DNA of 64,000 nt from IMG/VR virus record IMGVR_UViG_3300033571_022590, positions 1 through 64,000 of that record; one strand, written 5' to 3'. Source of the stretch: an uncultured virus (IMG/VR IMGVR_UViG_3300033571_022590) (lineage: Duplodnaviria; Heunggongvirae; Uroviricota; Caudoviricetes). A program made the translations under genes and the position numbers. The notes under the pieces are model-generated. The model was not told the origin of the DNA, made no database searches, and saw nothing but the letters and a program-made list of their open reading frames with translations. Positions 30,301 to 36,369 of the stretch are shown here, piece after piece. Numbering within the stretch: position 1 is the stretch's first letter; each line of letters opens with the position of its first letter.

Positions 30301-30545
30301 ATCGTTTTGGTGACATTATTCCATGCCAATATCCCTATACCGTAGTAGATGTAAATCCTGTGACCATTGAATTTTATACCGATAGTGATCCAATTGAACC
30401 AGTGTTGCCACCACCACCCGGTGTAGAAATTACAATTTTACAACGTAAAGGGCTGGGCTGGTACGGCCCCGGCGTAGAGGAAACCACTGGAAGAGCCCTG
30501 CAAGAAACCAACACTGCGCAAGCAAGGTTTTTGACTGATAGATAA
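15348..30545 (+). CDS. Giant 5065-aa mosaic baseplate/virion protein (gp7 position) with FG-GAP-like repeats, carbohydrate-binding-like modules and beta-rich inserts
   Basis: Uninterrupted ORF coupled to the gp6-like gene (TAATG overlap). Has YIQEVKPYH, seven FG...GAP repeats, and GSGY..P.ITFEGGG repeats. Confidence 0.8.
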   Translation: MARTRSVDFLPEIFRTEANKQFLSATLDNLIQEPKFKKTQGFIGRTVGPGVNPNDKYVVELDKTRADYQLEPGVVSLRPDTNEIQEVITYPGMADAISFQGGQGNRADRLYESDYYTWDPFVDFDSFVNYSQYYWVPNGPDAVDVSATGVPITNSITVTRENGVYTFSGVVGDNPTLELVRGGNYTFNVAQNDKETVNYRVTNKGNSSYTIDYQDNPSLTLVRGNTYVFNLTLQGIFPFWIKTQPVLGLANAFNTGVSRNGSTIGLITFTVPQDAPDTLYYIAENQINMQGVLNIVDGIPGTGPGFWIQTSPGVTGQVPTAPNISSRDVFGVINNGEDLGTVTFNVPLKTAQQYYYDLPDFGTPVDLVTDLKFDQINNQRLDVFLAEYGGIDGVSALANRTLIFTNPLTDAVDGGWQRTTRFDPLGQDVANNGLLGSFDSTLYSQTSEIPVDQRYQLYQITLDISNGYAYMQLNRIADIPVLNKFTIRYGDVYSSTNWLKDSSGRFQQIPLLTAVNDILYYQDGNDPEIFGEIKLIDVEGRTTLDINDIIGKKNYTSPNGVVFTNGLKVVFRGLVEPPNYSSGSVVFECSATADEINAITTTNTDILYVGQEVSFQAPTLGGLVAGQTYYVQSIVNQFQFTVSDMIGAGAVALSTATGLMTAVSVNYREYYVAGVGTEINLIPVTELNLYEPYVTDANDSTVIREPATPDYITIDRNSMSRNPWSRSNRWFHVDVINATAAYNNTVPILDNNRRAKRPILQFRPNIRLFNMAPECVEPVDIIDFVVADAFGTVQGSTGYTVDGYELVNGSRIIFAADTDAEVRNKIWLVEFIIPNSATLITADNLSPGLVYTIISLGNTDWNAVAGTTGISYAVGNIITVAEVGTGTGLAEFNQPVINLTLAPDGVVAPDRATHTMNGETGQGISYWYDGVEWIVAQQKLGVNQAPLFNVYDADGVSFSDQIKYPSSDFVGSKLFSYAPGETGILDPVLQIPLKYLTLENVGDIVFDNNLYKDTFVYTRENVSVTLDISSGSAREYNVSMGVSSTNGINSTTSTTSVSTLTATGTEEFARLIGWQNAVTTSKTYQQFKFIYDGTTLKLDVVVLDQFASAVPVIKIYVGSQFQDPSTYIYATNTDSTTITLNKEYVLGDIVEVLVLSDQVSKVAFYQVPLNLENNPLNINSQSFSLGTIRQHYQSICENLPDISGAISGANNTRDLGDIGPYGLIILQQSAPLTLAGYFLRSEKYNIFNSLTYNSREYIKYKNQLLESVTQQQINFQTAGEILDAAIADITAGRVETQSFYWSDMLPSGAVYIQNTYTVSFVTTNVFDTVQVYNFASANYLGLSVYVNDVLITRGMDYVVATDGPRLTIIKMLEIGDTVTIREYSSTYGTFCPNTPTKMGLYPAYLPEITTQRTTTGEQTVLIGHDGSVTKTFGDIRDQVLLEFETRIYNNIKLDGNPCPLLATNVLPGQFRVTGYSTDEINNILNTEFLSFVATNKLNYREQDYNANNEFSYNYSGAQGRLDNKNLLGAWRGIYRYYYDTQQPESTPWQMLGFSEKPVWWDVTYGTVPYTSENFVLWDDLEAGLVRDPAGAYILPEYARPGLSEVIPTGDEGQLLSPFNSVVGTFDQNQFRKSWSLGDGSPVEASWWNSSSYPFAVMRLLALTRPAKFFALFADRDLYRYNTEFDQFLYNNRYRLDANGVEVYGDGISKASYINWIVDYNRQSGLNSTELLTNDLANLDVRLCYRMASFSDKKFIKLFTEKSSPESTNTSFLIPDESYALLLYKNQPFDRASYSSVLIQQVPGGYAVFGYSTYQPYFNILQSQATGKLRTISTAGVSVRVPTFYTSRVAQIPYGYVFTDITAVSDFLLSYGKYLEGQGLSFTNTANGYQLDWNQMVTEFLYWSQQGWEDNCLIAINPLALKLSVSKPFAVVDDIQAQTSENILLDQNRKELPTRNLNIVRMGNEFTVEPANDQTLSFIDLKYTSYEHMIVLDNVSVFGDLIYNPPTGARQSRLNLVAVTTTEWNGSVDAQGFIINQDNVEPWSGHRTYAKGEIVKYKDNYWSAATIVQPSEVFDFNDWLQSDYTQIELGLLPNLANKADQLVNSYNINTANLERDTDLLSYGLIGFRPRQYLAAINLDDVSQVNVYRQFLGTKGTLLSAELFKQVNLGKELAEYEIFENWAVQRAVYGANANRSYFELRLNRALLNASPSLVQVVASQQTSEADQSIQVGDIWRQSYKINSPDILPTTVAVPADTALPTAGYVNLDDVDITVFDISDSASLEANLNEIGVGTSIWVAKVNNYDWDIYRAEAVPGTISHVCDNLDGTSRVIFTLQHGITVGQQVIIRFFDSEVDGVYTVLSVSNLNTINIAFRFTGSRTVVNGIGLAFTLQTMRVAQASDVIDLPYANQIADGTTTWVDDDGNGRWVVLQKQNVFTPVSELSPQILDAEENYGVVVKQAIDKFAAFVGSPRYGFGTGTQTGAVYTYVNNFGTAYQPISPVESGDAIITLATTGVRNLGASIAVGSQAWLAAGAPGSLGGAGQTNSGYVTVIYRDYNTYQAGDNPYVVWQLLTTPGNINTDQGRFGAGITMCANENWLYVAEPDVNRVYAYNRINYQYQFLSALGDGITTSYDISNNIQIDEATQIQVTVNGVLQVLNVNYTVNISFTTVTFTTVPSAGSAVLIARPFLLQLDYAQYYSLTATGATTGTGALFSINRIRGTVEVGIQAGGSGYTNGETLTIPATSFGGGSSPANDVTFVITVVAGKIVQLTGVSYTPPALQSTFSLNELFFTATTLNSFTVLVNDVIQRPHIDYTFNAGTQDLSFLVNPGAGAIIKVRADSYFNYVGEIPTAGLGLQPGDDFGAALSCTTDGRQVMIGAPNCTVDGEVEAGCVYVFDRNVQHFIYTPSSTPTFVLAGSGLTPLAVSVNGQYLIDEATTIVGNPGTYSVSGSTVTINQTLNVGDSIEIETDQFRLLQRITQEQPAQYSNFGQAVDLCSYNCSLYVGAPNSSLQVIKGGVVEREINQARVYGIITSTVSNPTLTAGDTLRVNNVDVIIPSAPNNNIVGLASAINSTAPNATATVTSAGYLTISVTNIDAAVPGNLLQVAPGSVGSAWAALGFDIFSYTQTILSPYAVDFAGFGTSISLDETATTLIVGAPQGTMYLITIFDDGTTDFDANATTFFTTILQSGAVYTYNLLNSANSSASNPDKFVFGEQISITDVAYLDQLGASVDYLSGSLWLGAPGSDVGDSSTSNYGKVFVWQNAERQMTWIPKYIQQPTVDVRLLNSIFLYDRITSSTTEFLDFFNPLQGKILGAARQNIDYIGAVDPAFYNVGPQNILGTTWAANHVGEIWWDISTVRFIDPNQDSIVYASRRWGQIFPGSTVDIYQWIVSTVPPAEYAGPGTPASLVSYTINTVLSDDGSFNTQYFYWVRGLPTVATQKGKTLSTNSISNYIADPRSTGIAYLAPINSSTFALYNCENLIEAQDTILNIEFDQQLNNDNVHVEYELVAQDKSNSFLSDNLYRKLQDSFCGVDSFGNLVPDPTLSPAERYGVQFRPRQSMFVNRFVALKNYITRVNSILRQYPVSENRVLSLLNSKEPLPGVNSGLYNASVPTREILDFQNIYAVPLGYKYLVVSDDTNRGLWTIYQVSPNPTILDSFTSTGSFISGNTLNIGVLTSGTITVGQLVTGIGVESGIIIVSNINGGSSSGSVWVISKITNVPTTNINGAAPRELILFRVQNFNTPDYWSYIDWYLPGYNSSIKPVAEVNNFSELTTLNVPIGSSVQVKANAQGKFEIYLRTDVGYERVALQDGTIEISAEIYDYALGRFGFDLEVFDAQYFDQEPVIETRKIIQAINEELFVGDLEIERNRALVLMFNYVLSEFSAPEWLVKTSLIDVAHKIRELLPFQNFSPDNQEFVVDYIQEVKPYHVQVREFNLQYFGSDTFLGDLVDFDLPAYYDTTLPVPQFVSPVLTPYAIATNDVSNVLSNVPPTSQLWETWPYNQWFANYLLTLTSVRVARQGSGYTTVPQITFEGGGATTQATGVAVINSVGQVVAINVTNPGSGYRSRPTVNITGGNGSGAEAYAVLDNPLVREFKTTIRYDRVQYQTSVQTWNSESTYLNGTLVRYDNQVWSASNIDGSSAVTGPTFDLENWTLVDAATYQYPGSGANTGLTGVDRTAGLYVPGFNNPGLDLPLLVDGIDYPGVQVWGDYFTGTEQLDAIYQSSFSDVFLGTRPSDINIDGGQFVGPYEGHAPEELVNGSEYDTLDLRVYTRPGSDWQLDGHGFQIKNINYIYRPVTSSSLSYAGQVEHPVELVVSNQTTGKVYNFGVDYFINYATQRVEIVAGKASTGDIINISVYELGGGAQLYRVNYVGDEIPEGEFFVPVSSAEILTIAVFVNGDISPIPSWEPYIDVPAWDILEAYPVNSIVEDSGTYYQAIDTVPAGTSIADQDYWVVYVPTLLSKVTMPNPPLSVEGVSVVVFGYNYVAANQLIRGRQYTISSVGNTEWTTLGAVNDNVGTTFIRNNIDLGSYGTGVATTNFTWSVPVTQQATVTPAVINIGGVQLVNEMTGTNPANIIVNVNGIRLIPPAGIEWIGDGSSVSFGLPQRLGASFQQSTINATQDIQVWIDAIPQSQAAGDYSVTNWDGSNTPGRQVVFAIPPVPGARILISVSTLADYKVITNNIGPFLALNIAPTLGDLISITSWNDTSQQNLLTQVFVGPIVLGTIIEEPFDSGDFDAGLITGGPGTFDYSVGASVATNQLYLEGTDITGTRLWVTLNGERLFEGQDFVITNNEIVLAQGAIALSDVLAVTQFTNSVVPESCAFRVFQDMRGTQATYRITLATTTVLTQDLAADDDVIYVENARLLTEPNLVEGRLGIITINGERIMYRVRDIANNTLSELRRGTAGTAAAPHQAGVDVYDLGRGNILAPQYQDFVEKDSTYGDGSTTVFDAPSLTTFDFGDSSSIFVESIEVYVGGTRQYTLGPNRFGDIIPCQYPYTVVDVNPVTIEFYTDSDPIEPVLPPPPGVEITILQRKGLGWYGPGVEETTGRALQETNTAQARFLTDR

Positions 30546-30549
30546 CACG

Positions 30550-30557
30550 GATAAATA
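30550..30557 (+). promoter_or_regulatory. Late promoter core GATAAATA
   Basis: Intergenic, 7 nt before the ATG at 30565. Confidence 0.6.
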
Positions 30558-30564
30558 ATACACC

Positions 30565-30720
30565 ATGTCGAATACAGTACCAAATAAACCAAATTCAGTG
30601 CCCAGCACAAACACCAATAAAACCCGTCGTCCCAATGAAGCCGGTGCATTTCATGTGCAAGCACATGTGAAAATTTTTGATCCTGCTACCAAGACAGTTT
30701 ACGTGGAGAAACGAGCATGA
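30565..30720 (+). CDS. 51-aa small protein (not in the ORF track) resembling the N-terminus of the next gene
   Basis: MSNTVPNKPNSVPSTNTNKTRRPNEAGAFHVQAHVKIFDPATKTVYVEKRA; late promoter upstream; ATGA overlap with 30717. Confidence 0.7.
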   Translation: MSNTVPNKPNSVPSTNTNKTRRPNEAGAFHVQAHVKIFDPATKTVYVEKRA

Positions 30721-31322
30721 TTCAGCCAGGATTTGCACGCATTGAGGGATTCGTAAAAATACATGATCCTGTCACAGGCGAAGTCCTGGTAGACAAAAAG
30801 AATGCCATTCACTACGAAAATATTTCTATCGCTCTAGCTCAAACTCTTAGTGATAGAAATCTTGGGTACATCTACAGCATGGCCTTTGGCAACGGTGGCA
30901 GCAGTGTGGATCCCACAGGAGTTATCACATATCTGCCGCCCAATACTACGGGACAAAATGCCGACTTGTACAACGAAACCTACAGCAAAGTAGTCAACGA
31001 CAATTCGGCATCAAATACCGATCCTGAAAACAACAAAATGACAGTGTTGCACACCCCGGGCACAGTCTATACTGATATTTTAGTGACCTGTTTGTTGGAT
31101 TATGGTGAGCCACCAGAACAACAGGCATTTGACAACAGCACCAATTTCAACGGGGAATTTGTGTTTGATGAACTTGGGCTCAAATCATGGAACGGCGCCG
31201 TGGATAATTTGCGCTTGATCACCCATGTTATTTTTCACCCGGTTCAGAAGAGTTTGAATAGGCAGATACAAATTGATTACACTTTGCGCATTCAAACCCT
31301 GAGCAACATAAACGCTGTATAA
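30717..31322 (+). CDS. Structural protein, putative baseplate/fibre attachment
   Basis: In the tail module; MAFGNGG...FVFDELGL...THVIFHPVQKSLNRQIQIDYTLRI. Confidence 0.6.
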   Translation: MIQPGFARIEGFVKIHDPVTGEVLVDKKNAIHYENISIALAQTLSDRNLGYIYSMAFGNGGSSVDPTGVITYLPPNTTGQNADLYNETYSKVVNDNSASNTDPENNKMTVLHTPGTVYTDILVTCLLDYGEPPEQQAFDNSTNFNGEFVFDELGLKSWNGAVDNLRLITHVIFHPVQKSLNRQIQIDYTLRIQTLSNINAV

Positions 31323-31325
31323 ATA
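31318..31325 (+). promoter_or_regulatory. T4 late promoter consensus TATAAATA
   Basis: Exact match upstream of the tail fibre gene, with AGGAACAGG Shine-Dalgarno-like sequence following. Confidence 0.7.
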
Positions 31326-31351
31326 TGGTATAATAGGAACAGGTAACTGAC

Positions 31352-33151
31352 ATGGCATATACAATTACACTAACTGATGGCACCTTGTTTGCCACAGTCG
31401 CAGACGGTACTGTTAATCAGACCGCTGGATTTTCAAGCACTGCACCACTTACTCTTATCGGTAAAAACTACGCAGGTTACGGTGATTTCTTAGATGAAAA
31501 CTTTATTCGCTTGCTTGAAAACGGCAGCAATACCACAGCCCCGCCCTCTCCACTAACTGGGCAACTTTGGTGGGACAAAGCCAACAATCTTTTAAAGGTC
31601 TACAACGGCGCCACTTTCAAAACCATATCTGCAGCCACAGCTAGTTCCACAGCACCTGCCTCCAATGTGGTTGGTGATCTATGGTATGACACAGTAAATC
31701 AACAGTTGAAAGTATGGACTGGTAGTGCCTTTTTAGTCATTGGTCCTGCATATTCAGCTGGGCAAGGTACTTCGGGCGCTATCCCTGAAACCATTACTGA
31801 CTCTGTAGGTGCCACCAAGTTTATTACCAGTTTATATGTCAATAACAATCGTGTTGGTATTGTGTATGACACTAGTTCGTTTGTACCTCAGGCCAGTCTA
31901 CAATCTACCTTCCCCACAATTTTTCCTGGTATCACACTGACCACCACAAACAGTGCTCAGTTTGCAGGCACCGCCAACAATGCTACCTATCTCAACAGTT
32001 TGACCTCCAGTCAGTTCATGCGCAGTGATACCAACACCAGTACCACTGGTGTGTTGCGTGTGCTCAATAATTCAGGCATGTTTGTGGGTGCAGGTAATGC
32101 TACCAATATCACACAAAGCGGCAACGATGGTCTTATTAGCGGTACAATCAGCACAGGTAATGTTATAATTCAAGCCAACGTGGGCGGAGTGCCATATGTT
32201 GTGGCTACAGCTCAGGGTGCCAGCGGTAACCTGGCCATTGGTAACGCAGCCACAGTGGGCACCACACTCAGTGTAGGCGGCAACATTACTGGCGGCAATT
32301 TGGTCACAGCAGGAGTCATCACAGCCACAGCCAATATCACTGGTGGAAATATTTTGACAGCGGCTCTAGTGCAAGGCGGAAATGTCAGCGCAGTTGCCAA
32401 CGTACAGGGCGGCAATCTACGCACCTCGGGCATAATCAGTGCTACTGGCACAATTACTTCGGCAGCAAATATTTCTGGTCAATTCTTTATAGGTAACGGT
32501 AGCCAACTTACTGGTTTAAGTGCTGCGGTTAGTGTACAAAAGATATCCAGCGGCACTTCAGAAGTCAACATTGGTGTACCTAACGGCAATGCCAATGTAT
32601 CAATCGCAGGTACCTCCAACGTGGCAGTGTTTACCACAACTGGTGCTATCCTAACTGGCTTGAGTGTGCCCAGCATTGACAAAACAGGTACCAACGCCGT
32701 GGGTAATATTGGATCAGTCAGCAACTACTTTAACCGCATATTTGCCACAGCAACTACAGCACTCTACGCTGACGTGGCCGAGCGATTTGAAGCAGATGAA
32801 ATTCTTGAAGCCGGTACTGTGGTTGAACTGGGCGGCGCTAAAGAAATTACTCGTGCTCAACAGGAATTAAGTGAGAATGTGTTTGGAGTCATAAGTACAC
32901 GTGCAGCTTATTTGATGAATGGTGGTGCTGGCAATGACCATACACATCCCCCAGTGGCAATGACAGGACGTGTACCAGTACAAGTTATTGGTACTGTACG
33001 CAAAGGCGATCGTTTGGTCTCAGCTGGCAATGGAATAGCCAGAAGTGCCAAGATTGGTGAAGCCACTGCATTCAATGTGATTGGCAGAGCATTAGTGGAC
33101 AAGCACACGCCAGATCTTGGAACACTAGAAGCCATTGTCACAATAAAATAA
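31352..33151 (+). CDS. Tail fibre protein with a C-terminal intramolecular chaperone/peptidase-like domain
   Basis: N-terminal LIGKNYAGYG.FLDENFI.LLEN...GQLWWD; Gly/Asn/Thr repeats; C-terminal YADVAERFEAD...GTVV...VFGVIS...PVAMTGRVPV.V.G.V.KGDRLVS. Confidence 0.8.
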   Translation: MAYTITLTDGTLFATVADGTVNQTAGFSSTAPLTLIGKNYAGYGDFLDENFIRLLENGSNTTAPPSPLTGQLWWDKANNLLKVYNGATFKTISAATASSTAPASNVVGDLWYDTVNQQLKVWTGSAFLVIGPAYSAGQGTSGAIPETITDSVGATKFITSLYVNNNRVGIVYDTSSFVPQASLQSTFPTIFPGITLTTTNSAQFAGTANNATYLNSLTSSQFMRSDTNTSTTGVLRVLNNSGMFVGAGNATNITQSGNDGLISGTISTGNVIIQANVGGVPYVVATAQGASGNLAIGNAATVGTTLSVGGNITGGNLVTAGVITATANITGGNILTAALVQGGNVSAVANVQGGNLRTSGIISATGTITSAANISGQFFIGNGSQLTGLSAAVSVQKISSGTSEVNIGVPNGNANVSIAGTSNVAVFTTTGAILTGLSVPSIDKTGTNAVGNIGSVSNYFNRIFATATTALYADVAERFEADEILEAGTVVELGGAKEITRAQQELSENVFGVISTRAAYLMNGGAGNDHTHPPVAMTGRVPVQVIGTVRKGDRLVSAGNGIARSAKIGEATAFNVIGRALVDKHTPDLGTLEAIVTIK

Positions 33152-33163
33152 AAGGAAACTAGA

Positions 33164-34132
33164 ATGACGTATGTAGCTGGTGGTTTGATTCAAGCCACAG
33201 ATTATAATGGGTTTGTAAGTACCACTGCAGGGGCAAACGTCAACGCCACATGGAGTACCGGAGTAAGCGATGCTGGATACGGTCAATCGGCATTGGCCAC
33301 AGTGTCTGCTGCCACCACAGTAACTGCCACACAGTGGGCCAGCCTGGTCAATACTATTACCTCTATGGCCAATCATCAAGGTACTGTTCCAAGTGCATCA
33401 AGAACTGCACCAGTGACTGGCAATCTAATACAAATTTTTGCTGGTATAAACACAGACCTTACCAATTTGTACAGTAATCGTGGAAACGCAATTGCATCTG
33501 GAGCACAGTTCACAGGCTGGACCGGCACAAATTCTAAAACCACTACCACCACTGGTGCAACCTGGACCATTACCTTTACCAATACCATTACATTTGCCAG
33601 TGTTGATGCTGCCAGATATTTTTGGAACGCTGGTGGCCTTGTCAAAATTGACGTAAGCAAAACAGCCACTGGACAAACTGGTGATCCTGAGTGGAATGAT
33701 CTTGCCAATACTTTGTGTGGTGATATCTGGATTTCAGGTCGTATTGCTGGTGGTGCACAAACCATTGGTGGTGTAATTTATACCGGAGTGACCAAGATTG
33801 GTGGCACAGGCACTCCAGCAACTTTGGCAACCACATCTGGTTGGTATAATTTGACCACAACAGATACCATAATTTACAAACAGTTTGCTGACACGGCACC
33901 CTATACCAGCAACTTTATTCAACATTCGGCTCGCACAGCCGGTTCAGGAACTCAGCTTATTATCACTACATTATGGTCAGCCAGCGACGGAGATCCAATT
34001 TCGGGCGGCACTGCCAGCTCGGGTGCAACTCCTGGTACAGCACCCACTACAATTGTAACTTACTACCCGCCTAGCACCACTTACCTGACTCAAACCTGGG
34101 GAATCCCTGCAGTAGCAGCCACCACGGTTTAA
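33164..34132 (+). CDS. Thr/Gly-rich virion structural protein (fibre-associated)
   Basis: MTYVAGGLIQATDYN...GYGQ...ARYFWNAGG; composition and position fit a structural role. Confidence 0.6.
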   Translation: MTYVAGGLIQATDYNGFVSTTAGANVNATWSTGVSDAGYGQSALATVSAATTVTATQWASLVNTITSMANHQGTVPSASRTAPVTGNLIQIFAGINTDLTNLYSNRGNAIASGAQFTGWTGTNSKTTTTTGATWTITFTNTITFASVDAARYFWNAGGLVKIDVSKTATGQTGDPEWNDLANTLCGDIWISGRIAGGAQTIGGVIYTGVTKIGGTGTPATLATTSGWYNLTTTDTIIYKQFADTAPYTSNFIQHSARTAGSGTQLIITTLWSASDGDPISGGTASSGATPGTAPTTIVTYYPPSTTYLTQTWGIPAVAATTV

Positions 34133-34151
34133 TCAAAACAGCCGTAAATTC

Positions 34152-34180
34152 TTTACTTTTACAGCAGTATCTTGTATAAT
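34152..34180 (+). promoter_or_regulatory. sigma70-type promoter TTTACT-17-TATAAT at the head of the modification cluster, leaderless
   Basis: -35 at 34152-34157, -10 at 34175-34180, ATG at 34187. Confidence 0.7.
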
Positions 34181-34186
34181 CAGAAG

Positions 34187-34492
34187 ATGAATACCAACGA
34201 CTTGATAAATCACGCCCGTGCTAGATTTGACCATGAAGTGGCACGACGTGTGTTAAAGGAAAAGTACGAAGCCAAAATGTTGTTTGCCCATTGTGGTGGA
34301 ATGTTCCGGGCTGGTCCAGAATTGATCAACATCTTAAATTGTTGTACTTGTAACAAGGCTGTGATTTTAGATTTATATGAAACTCCGGTGAGTGTGGATG
34401 TTCTTGAACTTAAAAAGTTGGCCGAGCAACGCTGGCAAGAACAAATGACTGCCTGGCAAATCGAATTTGAGGAAACATCAAAAAAAAGATGA
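34187..34492 (+). CDS. Hypothetical protein
   Basis: ORF coupled to the next gene. Start moved to the ATG at 34187 because the track's TTG start overlaps the -10 box. Confidence 0.7.
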   Translation: MNTNDLINHARARFDHEVARRVLKEKYEAKMLFAHCGGMFRAGPELINILNCCTCNKAVILDLYETPVSVDVLELKKLAEQRWQEQMTAWQIEFEETSKKR

Positions 34493-35292
34493 CCACGGGT
34501 GCATTGATATTTGCCTTCAACAATGAAAAAATTGATTATGTAAGTTTGGCTGCTTGGAACGCAAAAAACATACAACGCCATCTGGGCATTGGCACAGCAG
34601 TTGTTACCGATGCAGACACTGTTCCTGATGCGTTTGAACATGTGATCAAAATTGATCCTGATATGACAAACACCGAGTCAAGATATTTTGAAGATATCAA
34701 AACTTCGGTAACCTGGCATAATCGCAATCGCATGGACGCATTTGAGGTGTCGCCATGGCAAAAAACTATTTTGCTAGATGCTGATTATGTGGTGGCCAGC
34801 AACAGTCTATTGCCAACACTGGAATGCAAGCAGGATTTTTTGTGCTACAAGGATGCATATGATGTTTCGCACGTGACTGATTTTAGTGGCCTCAACTCCT
34901 TTGGTTCCATGTGTTTGCCCATGTGGTGGGCCACGGTAGTTGTGTTTGAGAGGTCACGCAAAGCAAAAATGATATTTGACTGTATGAAAATGATTAAACA
35001 ACATTGGTCACACTATAGAAATCTGTACGGCATACAAAAAAAGACCTACCGAAATGACTTTGCCTTGAGCATAGCCCTGGGCATAGTAAGTGGACAAACC
35101 TGGCGGGCAGAATCGTTGTCAGGTAGCATGGCCTCAGTCATGCCTGAACATGAATTAACACAGCTGGATACGGATCACTATCAAATACGGTATCAGAATC
35201 GTGATAACCAACCGCGCACAATATCTTGGAAAAACATGGACTTTCATGCCATGGGCAAAAGCCACCTGGAGGCCATAATTGCGTCCCATTGA
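34489..35292 (+). CDS. GT-A fold glycosyltransferase-like protein (GT8-like)
   Basis: Y..LA...AKNI, AVVTD, SPWQKTILLDADY (DxD), WATVVVF, RNDFALSIA and a late H motif. Confidence 0.7.
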   Translation: MTTGALIFAFNNEKIDYVSLAAWNAKNIQRHLGIGTAVVTDADTVPDAFEHVIKIDPDMTNTESRYFEDIKTSVTWHNRNRMDAFEVSPWQKTILLDADYVVASNSLLPTLECKQDFLCYKDAYDVSHVTDFSGLNSFGSMCLPMWWATVVVFERSRKAKMIFDCMKMIKQHWSHYRNLYGIQKKTYRNDFALSIALGIVSGQTWRAESLSGSMASVMPEHELTQLDTDHYQIRYQNRDNQPRTISWKNMDFHAMGKSHLEAIIASH

Positions 35293-36031
35293 AGAACAAG
35301 GCTACCTTGTGGTGGCCACACAACATTATGTTCACAACGCTGTAAAATTGATAGAAAGCTTTAGGCAACAACATGCCACGGCGCGAGTGTGTCTGCTGAC
35401 TGACCAAGCTCTTGAGCACAAACTTTTTGATCATGTTAGAATCATAGACAATCCCAATCTTGAAAATGCCTGGGCCAATGACTGGCAAGTATTTCGAAAA
35501 TCTCCATTTAGAGAAACCATCAAACTTGAAGCTGACATGTTGATAGCATCACCTATTGATCACTGGTGGTCTTTGTTTAGACATCGTGATGTTGTTATCA
35601 GCACCGGTTGCCGTAACTGGCACGGTGAACTCAGCACAGCTAGACAATATCGTAAAACTTTTGATGCCAATTGTTTGCCTGATGTCTATAATGCCATCAC
35701 CTACTGGCGTTTGAGTCAAACAGCCAAGGAATTTTTTGATTGTGTTCGTGACATATTTGAAAACTGGGAACATTATAAAAAGCTGATTAAATTTCCTGAG
35801 TCAGTGCCCAGTACCGATTTGGTTTATGCCATGGCGGCGGTAATTGTAGGGCAAGACAAAGTTACCATGCCCTTTACAACATACCCACAGGTGGTGCACA
35901 TGAAGTCGCATCATGCTGGCACACAAGGCAGGGATTGGACCAAAGAATTGGTATGGGAAATGGATCCATTGCGCATAAACACTGTGGCACAGTGGGGAGC
36001 CTTTCACTATCATGTCAAGGATTGGATATGA
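35279..36031 (+). CDS. GT-A fold glycosyltransferase-like protein, paralog of the previous gene
   Basis: VCLLTD, SPFRETIKLEADML, STDLVYAMA and VHMK; same layout, with EAD in place of DAD. Confidence 0.65.
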   Translation: MRPIEEQGYLVVATQHYVHNAVKLIESFRQQHATARVCLLTDQALEHKLFDHVRIIDNPNLENAWANDWQVFRKSPFRETIKLEADMLIASPIDHWWSLFRHRDVVISTGCRNWHGELSTARQYRKTFDANCLPDVYNAITYWRLSQTAKEFFDCVRDIFENWEHYKKLIKFPESVPSTDLVYAMAAVIVGQDKVTMPFTTYPQVVHMKSHHAGTQGRDWTKELVWEMDPLRINTVAQWGAFHYHVKDWI

Positions 36032-36369
36032 ATCTTGAAGAATTAGTAGATATTTTAACCAACACCCCAAAACCGCAACCGGTATTTTATCGTCTTTATC
36101 ATGACGACCATGGCAATGCCTTGTTTTACAGTATGCAAGATGTGCCGGGCAAATATATTGAAATTGATCGCGATACCTATGCAAAAAACAGCATGCGGGT
36201 GAGAGTAGTCAATGGAGAATTACAAGAAGTGGCCTGGCGAACGGTCACTAAACTTGTGCCAAGCACTAGTGGTACCGCCTGTCACAAAACCAATGTGGCC
36301 GTGGTAGTTGATACAGATACCAACATAAAATGGAGTATGAAATGCACAGAGTTGATGTCGCAGACTTAG
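36028..36369 (+). CDS. Hypothetical protein
   Basis: The ATG at 36028 overlaps the previous stop (ATGA); MNLEELVDIL...FYRLYHDDHG. Confidence 0.6.
   Translation: MNLEELVDILTNTPKPQPVFYRLYHDDHGNALFYSMQDVPGKYIEIDRDTYAKNSMRVRVVNGELQEVAWRTVTKLVPSTSGTACHKTNVAVVVDTDTNIKWSMKCTELMSQT

Noticed and set aside
15375..30664. Numerous short antisense ORFs within the giant gene
   Set aside because: They have no motifs or translation signals and are expected by chance opposite a long coding frame.
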